Source: Lama guanicoe (lineage: Eukaryota). Taken from it: 60,000 bases of DNA. The notes under the pieces are model-generated. The model searched no databases. It was not told where the DNA came from and was given only the letters and a program-made list of their open reading frames with translations. Shown here in pieces: positions 11,590-22,925 of this stretch. The stretch's first letter is position 1. Each line of letters starts with the position of its first letter. The DNA is taken from NCBI GenBank assembly GCA_013239625.1, contig MU054391.1:6097824-6157823 (forward strand). Direction: 5' to 3'. A program made the position numbers and the translations under genes.

Positions 11590-13952
11590 GCGAGCTCTGA
11601 CACAGCCCACAGGCCTTACTGGCCTCTCGCAGCACCTGGGATACACCCGGAGCACACTGGCTGCACTAACTAAAGTTGCCTCCCTCGTGTTTCTCTGGTG
11701 AGCTCCTGAGTATCCAGTCAAATGTTGGAATTTCAAGTACAGGTTCTGTAATTGTGTTGTGAGGCCTCGCTCCGAATCTCGTTTCAGCGGGAACACATGA
11801 GGCACATGGGATCAAAGCCATCTTTTTAAATGAAAATGTCGCAGATGCCCAGAGCCAAATAAGTAGCCGAAAGCCATGGACAGAAAGTAGAGGAACCAAG
11901 AAGTAAACCAAGTGGCTTTCTCTTCCACCACTATTTGACTGTAAGGATGTGCCCCTCTGTGACTTTTCCTGCCGTTGGCCCCCAAGCAGGCCCCCCTTTT
12001 TGGGGCATGAGTGGTTCACGATACAGCTTCATTTGCCCCTGTACCTGGCTCACAGCTGACCAGGTAGGAGCAACCATTTAAGCGTATGACCTGCAGAGAG
12101 GCAAATAGATGAAGGCCCTGAGGGAGGGAGGGGGTGAGTGCGCTTCTAGGCCTCGTGTGTTTCCGAAGCCCCTTGCGTCATTTTTGTTCTTTGAGGAAAG
12201 AACAGAAGAGGAGAACTCATTTTACAAGCATGCCACCTGAGACTTGGAAATTGTATACCTAGTGTGTACCGGTTGGTCTGGGTCCAACCGGTGTGCAGAC
12301 CACTAGGTCATGAATAGGCTCTCTCCCATGGATGCAGAGAACTTTCTCGGTGGACAGTGAGAGCATCTTGTATCTTTCTGAAGGTTCATGGTTGTTAGAA
12401 CCTGCTTTGTAGAATTTCCCAGAGGAAAGACCGAGGCTGGGGCCAGGCAGCCTGGGGTTCCGGGAGGTCTCTGCTCTGTTGTTTATTGGCTGAGTGATGC
12501 TTTCTGAGCCTGAGTTTGCGCATGCGCACAAAGGGGTTCCAGGCCCCCTCAGTCTCATGAAACCTGGATGTGGAGGACCCGGTTAAGTCTGGTTGGTCAC
12601 GTGTGGGCGGAAATGGAGGCGGCTGCAGTGTTTCTTCCACCACTGAGCATTTCTTTTCAGATTTACGTTGTTGCGCATATTTCAACCCAGACTATACTAG
12701 CAAGGCACATGACATGAGAGCCTGTGAACGTGTGTGCGCTAAGGATCCTGGAAGGGACCCAGTGAGGGTCATGACTTGGAGTTTGGGGAGCTGCCACGTC
12801 AGATGCCCCAGCTTCCGCTTCCGCAGAGCATCTCTCAGGCTCCCTGACGCAGCCACAGTGACCCTGAACTTGGGGGAGGTCTGCACAAAGAGATCTGCAG
12901 GTTTTTCCTCGGACACAGGGGGGCCCAGACCTCTCAGTCCCCTCCCACCTCAGGCGCTTGGAAAGCATTTATTGAATTTGGATGCGTGCTTTCCCGTGGG
13001 CTGAGGGTGACTCGTGGGAACGTTGGCAGAATGATGGTTCTGAGCAGCCGTATGTGTGCATCATAGCGCCGTTTTCCCTCCAGCAGTAGAATGCTCAGGT
13101 CTCTGCTTCCTTCCTGTGCAGTTAACAGACGTTTCCAGAAAACAGAATTGATGAGAGCTCCCCACCCTTCCCTGTCACTCCCGTCCTTTCTCTTTGCTGT
13201 GCTGTAATCTACTTTTAGAGGGACGAGAGAATCTCTCAAAATCAATCACTTGGGTTTAAAGACAGTCATTACCAATGTCATGCAATTTTCTGTATTTCCG
13301 TGTGGGTATCCAGAAAAGCCGAGGGACTGGGCCCTCTCCCCCTCGCTCAGCTCTCACCGGATCGTGGGGCGGCGGTGGCAGGAGTGAGGCTTTATTAAAA
13401 ATCCTTCAGTCATGTGGTGCCAATACCATGCCTGGTGACTCAGCCTGGGCAGTCGGGCTCACTTCCAGGGGTGGGAGATGGGGCGCAATCGGTGGCTGCT
13501 CTGATTTGTTTGGGTGTCATGCTTCTTCCTGGTGAATAAAGGTAGAAGCAGGCTTCAGACAGATGCTAAGGTACGGCTTTCCTTTATGCCGGAACTTTGG
13601 CATTTCTTATTCTCTGGGGATTGCTTTTTCTTCTTTCTTTCTAAAGACGGTATAAAGAATTGCTGCTTTTATTAGCCTGTGTTCTTGGTGATATGCTCTT
13701 AGCTGACCGAAAAACAATATGGCCTGGCTGATTGTTCTCAGAGCTAGCTGTAAAGTCAAAGCTTATGTGCTGGCGTATTATTTTTGCCATTGTTGGTGGG
13801 AGTGGGGTGGGAGAGGGGACGTATAGCACAGGTAAAGAATTCCAGGTTCTCTGGGCCAGGGACCCTCAAGCTGTGTAAAGAGTTCCCTGTTTCTCTGACT
13901 CCTTCCCTCTGTGTGTTGTCCGGGACTAGTTGCTGGCTTCCCAGTACAGCCA

Positions 13953-14122
13953 CATCATCCTCATCTTCATCCTCATTCTCACCATTATCATCACCATCAC
14001 CATCATCATCACCACCACCGTCGTTATCCTCACCAGCACCCATCACTGTTACCATTATTGTCAGCATCATCAGCATCACTGCCGTCACTGTAGCCGTCAT
14101 CATGATCATCATCACTGTCATT
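13953..14122. repeat. Degenerate (CAT/CAC)n trinucleotide repeat
   Basis: CATCATCCTCATCTTCAT...CATCACCATCACCATCATCATCACCACCACC; period 3. Confidence 0.9.
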
Positions 14123-14353
14123 CAGTCTCAGCACTGCTTCCCAAACTTTGGGCCACTGCGTCACATGACCCGTTTCTGTTGAATTAGCTGTTCTTTTCAG
14201 GGGATGCCCTCGACTGTTGGGGGCACTGAGGGGGAGTTGCAACAGGATGGTTGTAGGCATAGAGAACCCAAATGCAGGTGGGTGATGGAATGTTACTCTG
14301 AAGGTAGCCTCATGACAATAACTAATCTGAAAGATTCTTGGAAACATCCCACC

Positions 14354-15479
<1,126 letters not shown>

Positions 15480-15898
15480 CCACCTGTCTGTTCAGGCCCA
15501 AGAGAGAGCCAGTGTCACGTGTTCTGCTAAGCTCCCCTTCGCCTCTCCAGGGAGGACAAATTGGGCTCTCAGCTGGGTTCTCCAGGCCCTTTGCTGCTGC
15601 TGCTCTCCAGGGCCTGACCTGGCAAGTTGGGGACCAAGCTTGTCCACTTCTCCCAGGGCAGTGGGCATCTTTGCATGCCTGGGACATAATAGATGTCCAG
15701 ATGTGTGGCCCAACCACCGTCCTCTTCTTTCAACTGTAGGATGGTGGGTGAGTTGAATTATTTAAAACGTGACACCTCAGCTAAGGGGCTTGCTTGGCAA
15801 GCCTGAGCGTGTGATTGGACAGTTCAGGGCTCTAGTACTGTTTTCTGTGCTGTTGCTGATGGCAAGTGTTTTACACACTCATTGCAGTTGCAGGACAG

Positions 15899-16040
15899 AG
15901 GGCAGGATGTAGGTCAGTGGTAGAGTGCATGCCTAGCATGCATGAGGTCCTGGGTTCAATCTCCAGTACCTCCATTAAAAATATATATATATATAAAATA
16001 AGTAAATAAACCTAATTACCTGCCCCTCCCTGGCAAAAAA
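15899..16040 (+). mobile_element. tRNA-Ala-derived SINE (Vic-1-like)
   Basis: GTAGGTCAGTGGTAGAGTGCATGCCTAGCATGCATGAGGTCCTGGGTTCAATCTCCAGTACCTCCA, then TAAATAAACCTAATTACC and an A tail. Perfect 14-bp TSD CAGTTGCAGGACAG (15885-15898 and 16041-16054). Confidence 0.95.
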
Positions 16041-17094
16041 CAGTTGCAGGACAGTGGTCAGGAAGCCATCTTGGCTTTATGGGCTTGCAGAAGTCATTAA
16101 TGCCTGGCTTTCCCTCTCCAGCTCTCAGTTTCCTCCTTTGTCAGGTGCAGCACGGGACTGGATAACCTCTTCTCTCTCAACTCCACCACTCAGGAAAAAT
16201 GCTCAAAAGCATAAACTTGAGTTGTAGGGCAAATCCAACGTAAAGCGCGGAGAGACTTCTCACGGTGAAACTGACTGCAGCAAAAAATGAGCCCTTCAGG
16301 GAACACAGACACCTTAGCAATGGCCGTCTGAAGAGCTGGCATCACAGTTCAGAAGAAACCGGTAATCCTGAGGAACAGACTTGTAGAGCACAGACTGGAA
16401 GGAAGGGGTCGGGCCCGGGGGTCCTGAAGGTAGGGAGATGAACTCTGTGTATTTCACCCACCCATCTGTCCACTCAATGCCTTCTTCTAACTTCCTGTGC
16501 TGGGAATGGTGCTGTGTCTTAAGGAAGCTGAGATTGAGAAGGAGAGTGATTTCAGTGGGATATTCGCTGTGGGAGCACGGAAGAAGTTTGGCAGTTGAGC
16601 TGAGATCTTAGGCTTTAGATTCAGGGCTTTACTTAGAAATCATTTACAATTCCTTTAAGAGGACACTCGGGCAAGAAGAACCAGGGCTTAGGATGTGGAC
16701 GATACCCTCTTCTGTGTGATGGTGCACTTCTTTTCTTTCCAGGAGATTATACCTCTCACGATCAAAGAAACTGTGGACTCAACTTCTTGTTTTGACTAAT
16801 TGTGAATTAGAGAAAAGTCAGAATTAGGGAGTACTGTAGAAGATAAATAACTGTATTCTTTTCAGACAAAAGTATATATATCGATGCAAACTCCTGACCA
16901 GCTTTTACCTCAAGCTGGTCTTTCTAATGAATTACTAAGCGTTCTTTGAAGTTAGCATTTGTGGTAGTAAGCTAGTAGGTATTTGCTAAAGGGGTTAAAA
17001 ATAAGCAGTTTAAACATCTCCTAAATATGGAGCTGGGAAGTAAGATGTAGAGCCATATAGACAGTTTCATTTCATTTACTTTTGGGAGGAAAAA

Positions 17095-17268
17095 AAGTCA
17101 GAGAAAATAGATGGGGTGGAAATATACCAGACTGTTAACAGCAGTCGAATCTCATGGGATCTGAGTGTTATTTCTTTTATGCTTTTAAAATATTTTCTCT
17201 ACATTCTAAATTTTCATCAATGGGCATGTATTAGTTTTGCAATTAGGGGAAAAAAAGTGTTTTAAAAA
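17095..17268 (+). mobile_element. Ancient L1ME-type 3' end fragment
   Basis: GGAAATATACCAGACTGTTAACAGCAGT...TTCTAAATTTTCATCAATGGGCATGTATTAGTTTTGCAAT followed by an A-rich end. Confidence 0.6.
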
Positions 17269-17930
17269 GGAACCCCAAGAATGCATTCCTCTGATAACCT
17301 TGTTTATTCTCTTAATTTGCTTACCAAATTATCTTTACAGTCAGACTGGCTGGAACCCACAAATTCCATACTTGGGATGATTTGAATTAATGCAAGTTCA
17401 TCATACTACATTATCAGAATTTGTTAGTCTCATCTAAAGTCAATACTGAGTAATTCTATTAACTTGGATATAAAGAAAAATATTCTGACTCTTCCAAGAA
17501 ATTCACCATTTCCACATGGCAAGGATCAGAGTTTGTTTGCGATCTAGAATGTGTTTCTCCTTTTTTGCTTGCTTGAATTTGGGTGTGCACTTTGCTTCTT
17601 GACCTGGAAGGAGACTTCGAGGCTCCTGCCATGTTGGTGTTGGGTTTTTTGATGAGATGGTTTGATGTCCTCGCACCACATGTCCCGAGTTTCCCTTCTC
17701 TGTTCTCATCACCAAATGTTCGCACAGTGGCCCTCTTCCAGGAATGATCTCCTTCCTGTTTGTCTATCAGCCTGATGTTTTTCAGCTCCCTTTTTGAAAA
17801 TAACTTTTTGGTTTCACGGTCCCTACACTTCCGTCCTGACTCCCCCGAGTGAAATTGCTGGTCTTCAGCTCCTGTGAATTGGAGGATTCCTGGGGGTGAT
17901 CCTTCCCCACCGCCTGTGCTGTTCCTGCCT

Positions 17931-18002
17931 TGGGACCGTGGGTTGATGTTGGGCCGACTTGGGTTGACTTTGGGTTGATCGTGGGCTCACGCTGGGTTGA
18001 CT
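17931..18002. repeat. Short degenerate 10-11-bp tandem repeat (TGGGTTGACT-like, ~6 copies)
   Basis: TGGGTTGATGT TGGGCCGACT TGGGTTGACTT TGGGTTGATCG TGGGCTCACGC TGGGTTGACT. Confidence 0.7.
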
Positions 18003-20109
18003 GTCCCTGCTTACTGGCTGGTGAGCAGGGCCATCTCAGCCCTGGTCAGGGCCGTGCCTGGTTTTTGGTGGCATCCCTCCAGAGGCTTCTTAGGCTGTCA
18101 TCCCTGTCATTTTGCAGAGGGTTAATCTGTCTGAGCCCAGGATATTGAGTCAGCAGTGGAAAGTTATGAAGGCGAAGCCAGCCATCAGAGAAATTGGCTA
18201 ATATGAAAGATTAATTTCAGAGCAAATGAAGGATGCCTGGGGGCTGGGCTGTCTCTCCAGGCAAATAATATTGCTATAAAATGTGAGAAGCCAGAGGTTG
18301 CCTTTGCTACTGGCTCAGTGCCTGCTTATAGTTTCCTGGATTAAATTCTTTAAAAATCGTATGTTTATAGTCTGATGTCCATATTTATGATGTTAGAAAG
18401 AAAATATAATTGTCAGCAAAATTACATACACATCAGGTAAATATTTTGGGATCTTCACCATGAGGAAACCATATTTAAAAAAAAAAATTAGTATGGCACC
18501 CGTGTTCAGAAATTGTTATTTTTGAAAGCTGGGTCCTTAGGTTTTTGTAAGATTCCACATGGAGGCAGGAAGTAAGCTCTCCTGTCACTGGAAACAGGTA
18601 GGTTACCATGGAGACCAGGTGTGTCCCACTGGTTTCCTGGGTATCCCAGTTGTCCTGGGGATGGAAAGAATAAACCTCACTTTCTGTGATATTTCTGAAA
18701 TTGTGTATGTGAATTAAGTTTTTCTAAACAAAGGGCCTACGTTTTGTTGACTTACACAGAGATTTCTGACATAATTTTGCCCTCCGTTCTGTTTGCTTAG
18801 TCATTAACGCTGTGGAGCCCTAACTTTCCTGCCAAAACACTTAAAATGCATCAAAGGAACACCTATCCCCAGACAATAACCAGAACAAAGTCTTTTAATA
18901 AAGCCAGGAATGCTTTCTTTAGTGTGAATGAGGATTACCCTGTACAATTCTACAAATTAGTTCAATAATTCTATATCGTATGCCAAGCCCGGCTCTGGGC
19001 CTTGGGATACAAAGATGACCAGGATGTTGTGGAGCTGATATTCTGGTTGTGACCCAAGACAGCAGGAAGCTGAGGAGGGGCCTTGGGCTGACCTGCCCTG
19101 GCTTACACCATCGGCCCCTGCCAAACAGTGTGGCCTTGAACCCGTCTTACTGCCCTGGGGGGTGAGTGGGCCTGCCTGTTGGAGGGATGACACTGTAACT
19201 GATTTGTCTGACCCGTTCTTACTCACAGGCCTTCTCCAGAATGTAGAGCAGTGCTTTATCAATCTGCTTATCATAATTTTATACACTAGAAAAAATCCCA
19301 TTCATGCCCATTCGTGTGTCCTCCGCCTAATAATTTCAGAAGGCAGTCTGTTGTTGTTAACTGTTTTGAATGCTCTTTGTACTTCCCGGGTCTTGTCAAA
19401 CACCGGGCAGTTTCCTTTCTCCTTTCATCCAGTTCAGTTTCAGCATCCTCCGACCCCATGGAGACAGAGCCTCCCCCAGCACCAGCAGCTGGAGGCCACG
19501 GTGGGCGTCCCTGCCTCTCTCTCCCACCGTGTGCTTCTTTGCAGTCACTTCATCAGCAAAAGGCACGTCCACTCATTTCTTTCCCTTCCTCGGGTTGGTA
19601 GTAATAAGCAAAGGCCTCCTGCAGCCCCACCGCTGGACAGCCTGCGTTGCACAAGCTTGTTAACTCGTGGGGACCTTGAGTGGGCTTGTCACAGCCTGAA
19701 GAGGCTGCACGTGGGCATGGAACAGAGTCAGTAGCTGTGTTGGATGTCAGTGATACTGAGCAAGTGGCAAACTTCAGCCTCTGTGTGCACCGTGATTGAC
19801 TGGAGAGCTTAGTCTTACAACCATAGAGGATGTTGTGGACTGAACAAGAAAACAACCCTCAGGCTCCAGGTGCCCTGGGCTTAGGGACATCTTGCCTTGT
19901 TGAACTCCAGTTTTAAGGTTACTGCAGACTGGAGATATCACTTCCTGATGTTGCACTGACTTCCTTACAACTAATGGACAGTGAACAGACCATTCTTTTT
20001 AAAGGAAAAAAGGCACATCTATCACTCTGTCCCTATCCTGCTCTCTCTGAGGCTCAAACAGCATCCACCTTTCTCTTCTCCATGCAGGTCCCTTGGGTCT
20101 CCTAAACAT

Positions 20110-20214
20110 CTGTTTCCTCATCTGTGAGATGGGAATTATAATACCTCCCTCCCAGTATTGTAAAAATGGCCATTACACTTCTTGTGAATTCTAACATGCT
20201 TTATAAATGTAAGG
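20110..20214 (+). mobile_element. MIR (MIR3/MIRc-like) 3' fragment
   Basis: GTTTCCTCATCTGTGAGATGGGAATTATAATACCT...CTTTATAAATGTAAGG. Confidence 0.7.
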
Positions 20215-20424
20215 ACCATCATCATTAGCATTGTGATCATCGCCATCATTGTCATTATCATCATCACCATCATCATTATCATCACCGGCATCATGATCAT
20301 CATCATCACCATTATCATCACCATTGTCATCACCATCATCACCATCGTCATCACCATCATCATCACCATCATCATCATTATCATCACCACCATCGTCACC
20401 ATCATCATCACCATCACCACCACC
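20215..20424. repeat. (CAT/CAC)n trinucleotide microsatellite, ~210 bp
   Basis: ACCATCATCATTAGCATT...ATCATCACCATCATCATCACCATCACCACCACC. Confidence 0.95.
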
Positions 20425-21375
20425 AATCTTTTTCTTCACATCCAGCTGCCCCTGACACACGATTGTCTAAAACAATAGGGTCTTTGTGGCTCCCTTTGTG
20501 GAATCTGAGTCCCCAGTCTTCTGCCCTTTTCCTTTATCTGGTCTGGGGTCAACCTGTCATTTTCATTTTCCTCCTGCAAGATGTTAGCCCACAGAAGAGG
20601 CCCAGTGAAAGTATTGTCCAAGCCTCACAAAGGACGTGGAAATTCGTGTATGCTCCTCTGTCTTCCTGGGACATCAGCTCTGCTCCATCTTTCCGTCTGC
20701 CAGGCAGGGGAGTCACTGTGTGCGTGCTGGGACCTTACCACTTAAATTAAAGACACTTGTGGATATGGACAGTCAGCTTGGCTCAAATCGGAGCATATAT
20801 TTAGCAAGCAGCTCCCGTTAAACCTGCTTCTGGATTACAACCAGCTATGTGGTCACCTTTGTCAGGGACAGAGGGGCAGGGTAGGGTGGGGACTTGGTGT
20901 CAAACTCTCAGGGACTTTTTTCCCATCTGGCTTTTGCCTTGCTAAGGGAGGTGGTCCTGGCGGCTCCCCATTGTGGGCCCTGGGTCTTGGATTATGATGC
21001 TCAGCACATCATTTGAGGAGAGGACCACTAGCCACATGCTAACCCTCCTGTCTGGGGTACTCTCTTGCTCCTTGCACCCTCCCAGAGCACCCTGACAGCT
21101 CCCAGCCTTGCTCAGGAATCACCTCCTCCAAGAAGCCTCCTGGGCCTGCTCAGGTGCCTCACTCTTCCTGAAGTGCTGCTACTCCGGCTCCCGTGGCCCT
21201 GCCACCTGCAAGGTTCTGGTCCTGGCTGGTCACCTCCCAATGTGTGTTTCATCTTTCCTCCAGGGCAGGGGCTCCAGAGAGTGGGGGCCGGGTACTGAGT
21301 AGTTTCCCTTTAAGCAGAGACTGGGCCTGGGAAGAACCCCTAGGTAGGGAAATGTGCCTTCTTACTAGCTGGCCC

Positions 21376-21740
21376 TCATTCATTCATTCATTCATTCATT
21401 CACATAGCTCCTTCTGTGTGCCAGATTCCGCACAGGAGAATATCCAGCAGAAGTCCTGCCCTCTCAGAGCTTATGTTCCCAGCTGGGAGCGACAAGCAGT
21501 AAACGAAATAAGTCAATATGTAGTATAATGTAGCAATACTTAGAAGGTGCTAGGACTGTGGGAAAAATAAATGAGTGCAGGGGTGGAGGTACTGGACAGA
21601 GGGTGAGTGAGAAATGAAATTGTAAGCAGAGTGGTTGAGAAGGCCTCATGAGAAGCTGACATTTGAGCAAAGACTGGATAGAAACGAGGGAGCTGGGGAG
21701 GATGGCTGGACAGGGAACAGCAAGTGCAAAGGCCCCTCTA
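21376..21740 (-). mobile_element. LINE-2 3' fragment with (ATTC)n tail
   Basis: (CATT)6 followed by TGTGTGCCAG...CCTGCCCTCTCAGAGCTTA...GAAGGCCTCATGAGAAGCTGACATTTGAGCAAAGAC...GGGAACAGCAAGTGCAAAGGCCC, the antisense L2a 3' end. Confidence 0.85.
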
Positions 21741-22379
21741 CTCAGAGGCTGGACAGCTAAAGGCTCCACCTTCCAGCCAGGAAAATCCAGTGAGTTTGGA
21801 CCAGTGAGATGTCACTTCAGGGCTGCTGGCATGCTCTCCTGTCCCTGCTCCCTTCCTGAATAAAAAGCCAAAGTCCCGAGACAGAAAGCTTTTGGTCCAT
21901 CCATCTTCTTCCTGCCTGGAAAGCAGAGGTAATTTGTGGAAGTAGGGCAGCCATCCTGTGATCACGAGGCCGAAATCCATGTGCTAAGGATGGTGGAGCA
22001 GAAAAGACTCTAGGCCCTTGGTGGCGTTCTTGAGCTGCTGCCCAGGCCGTGAACACAAAGAAAACCTTTTCGTGTCCAAGCCGCTGCTTGTTGGGTCTTA
22101 GGTTGTTTGACGGAATGTCTAAAACAGAATATACTGTTCCAAAGTCGCTCAGATGCGCAGGCAGGCCCTGGAGACATTCTAGCCCTGCTCAGCTTTCCTT
22201 TCCCCCTGTCCTACCCAGTTGGTCTCTAAGTTAGTCTTGAAGATTTAGATTCCCCAGATCGGTCCCAGTCTCTCCAACTTCACTGTTCCCGTGTGGCATT
22301 CACATCACCTGCTTGCGTTATTGTCAGTTTCCAGCCCGTCTCCTCACCCAGCCTGCCCCCAGCTCCCCCTCAGACCCAT

Positions 22380-22925
22380 TCCCCGCACCAGCCCCAGCCC
22401 AGCACCAGTCTTCTCTAATGTGTGTTGGTCACATTGCTCCATGCTTTCAAACCCTTGCTTGCAGAGCAAAGTCTGAACGCTAAGTGTGGACTGAAAAGCC
22501 CTCCTTGTGACCCTCGACCCTGCCTGATCTCTGGTCCAATCCTTCATCCCCCATGCTACATCTTGAACTCCATCGACTGGCAGTTCCTTGTCATCCCATC
22601 ACTCCTCTGGGCCTTTGCACATGCTGTTCTGGCTGCTGGGGATTCCCCCCCGCCCCCAGCAAGCACTCACACATCCTTTAAGAATCAAGCAGGGCTGTTC
22701 ATGCTAGTTGATCCCCTTTCCTGTGCACCTGACTCTATTGTCCATGTTAGAGCATCTCTCAGGGGAAATGACATTTAAAAAATACATCTTTCTTCCCAGG
22801 AGACGGATCCCACGAGAGCAGAGCCCAGACGTGGTTCTGTTCACCTCTCTGGTCCATGTTGGGCTTTGCATCAGGCCTGGAACCAGCCCTTGCAGTAGAC
22901 GGATGTTCAGTGGATTTTTGCGGGG
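22380..22925 (+). mobile_element. Degraded LINE-2 fragment
   Basis: GGTCACATTGCTCCATGCTTTCAAACCCTT...CTGGGCCTTTGCACATGCTGTTC...GTAGACGGATGTTCAGTGGATTTTTG. Confidence 0.65.

Noticed and set aside
13756..14187. Poly-His, poly-Ser and acidic ORFs
   Set aside because: Translations of a (CAT/CAC)n microsatellite in several frames.
20136..20478. Poly-Met, poly-Asp and poly-Ile ORFs
   Set aside because: Translations of the trinucleotide repeat.
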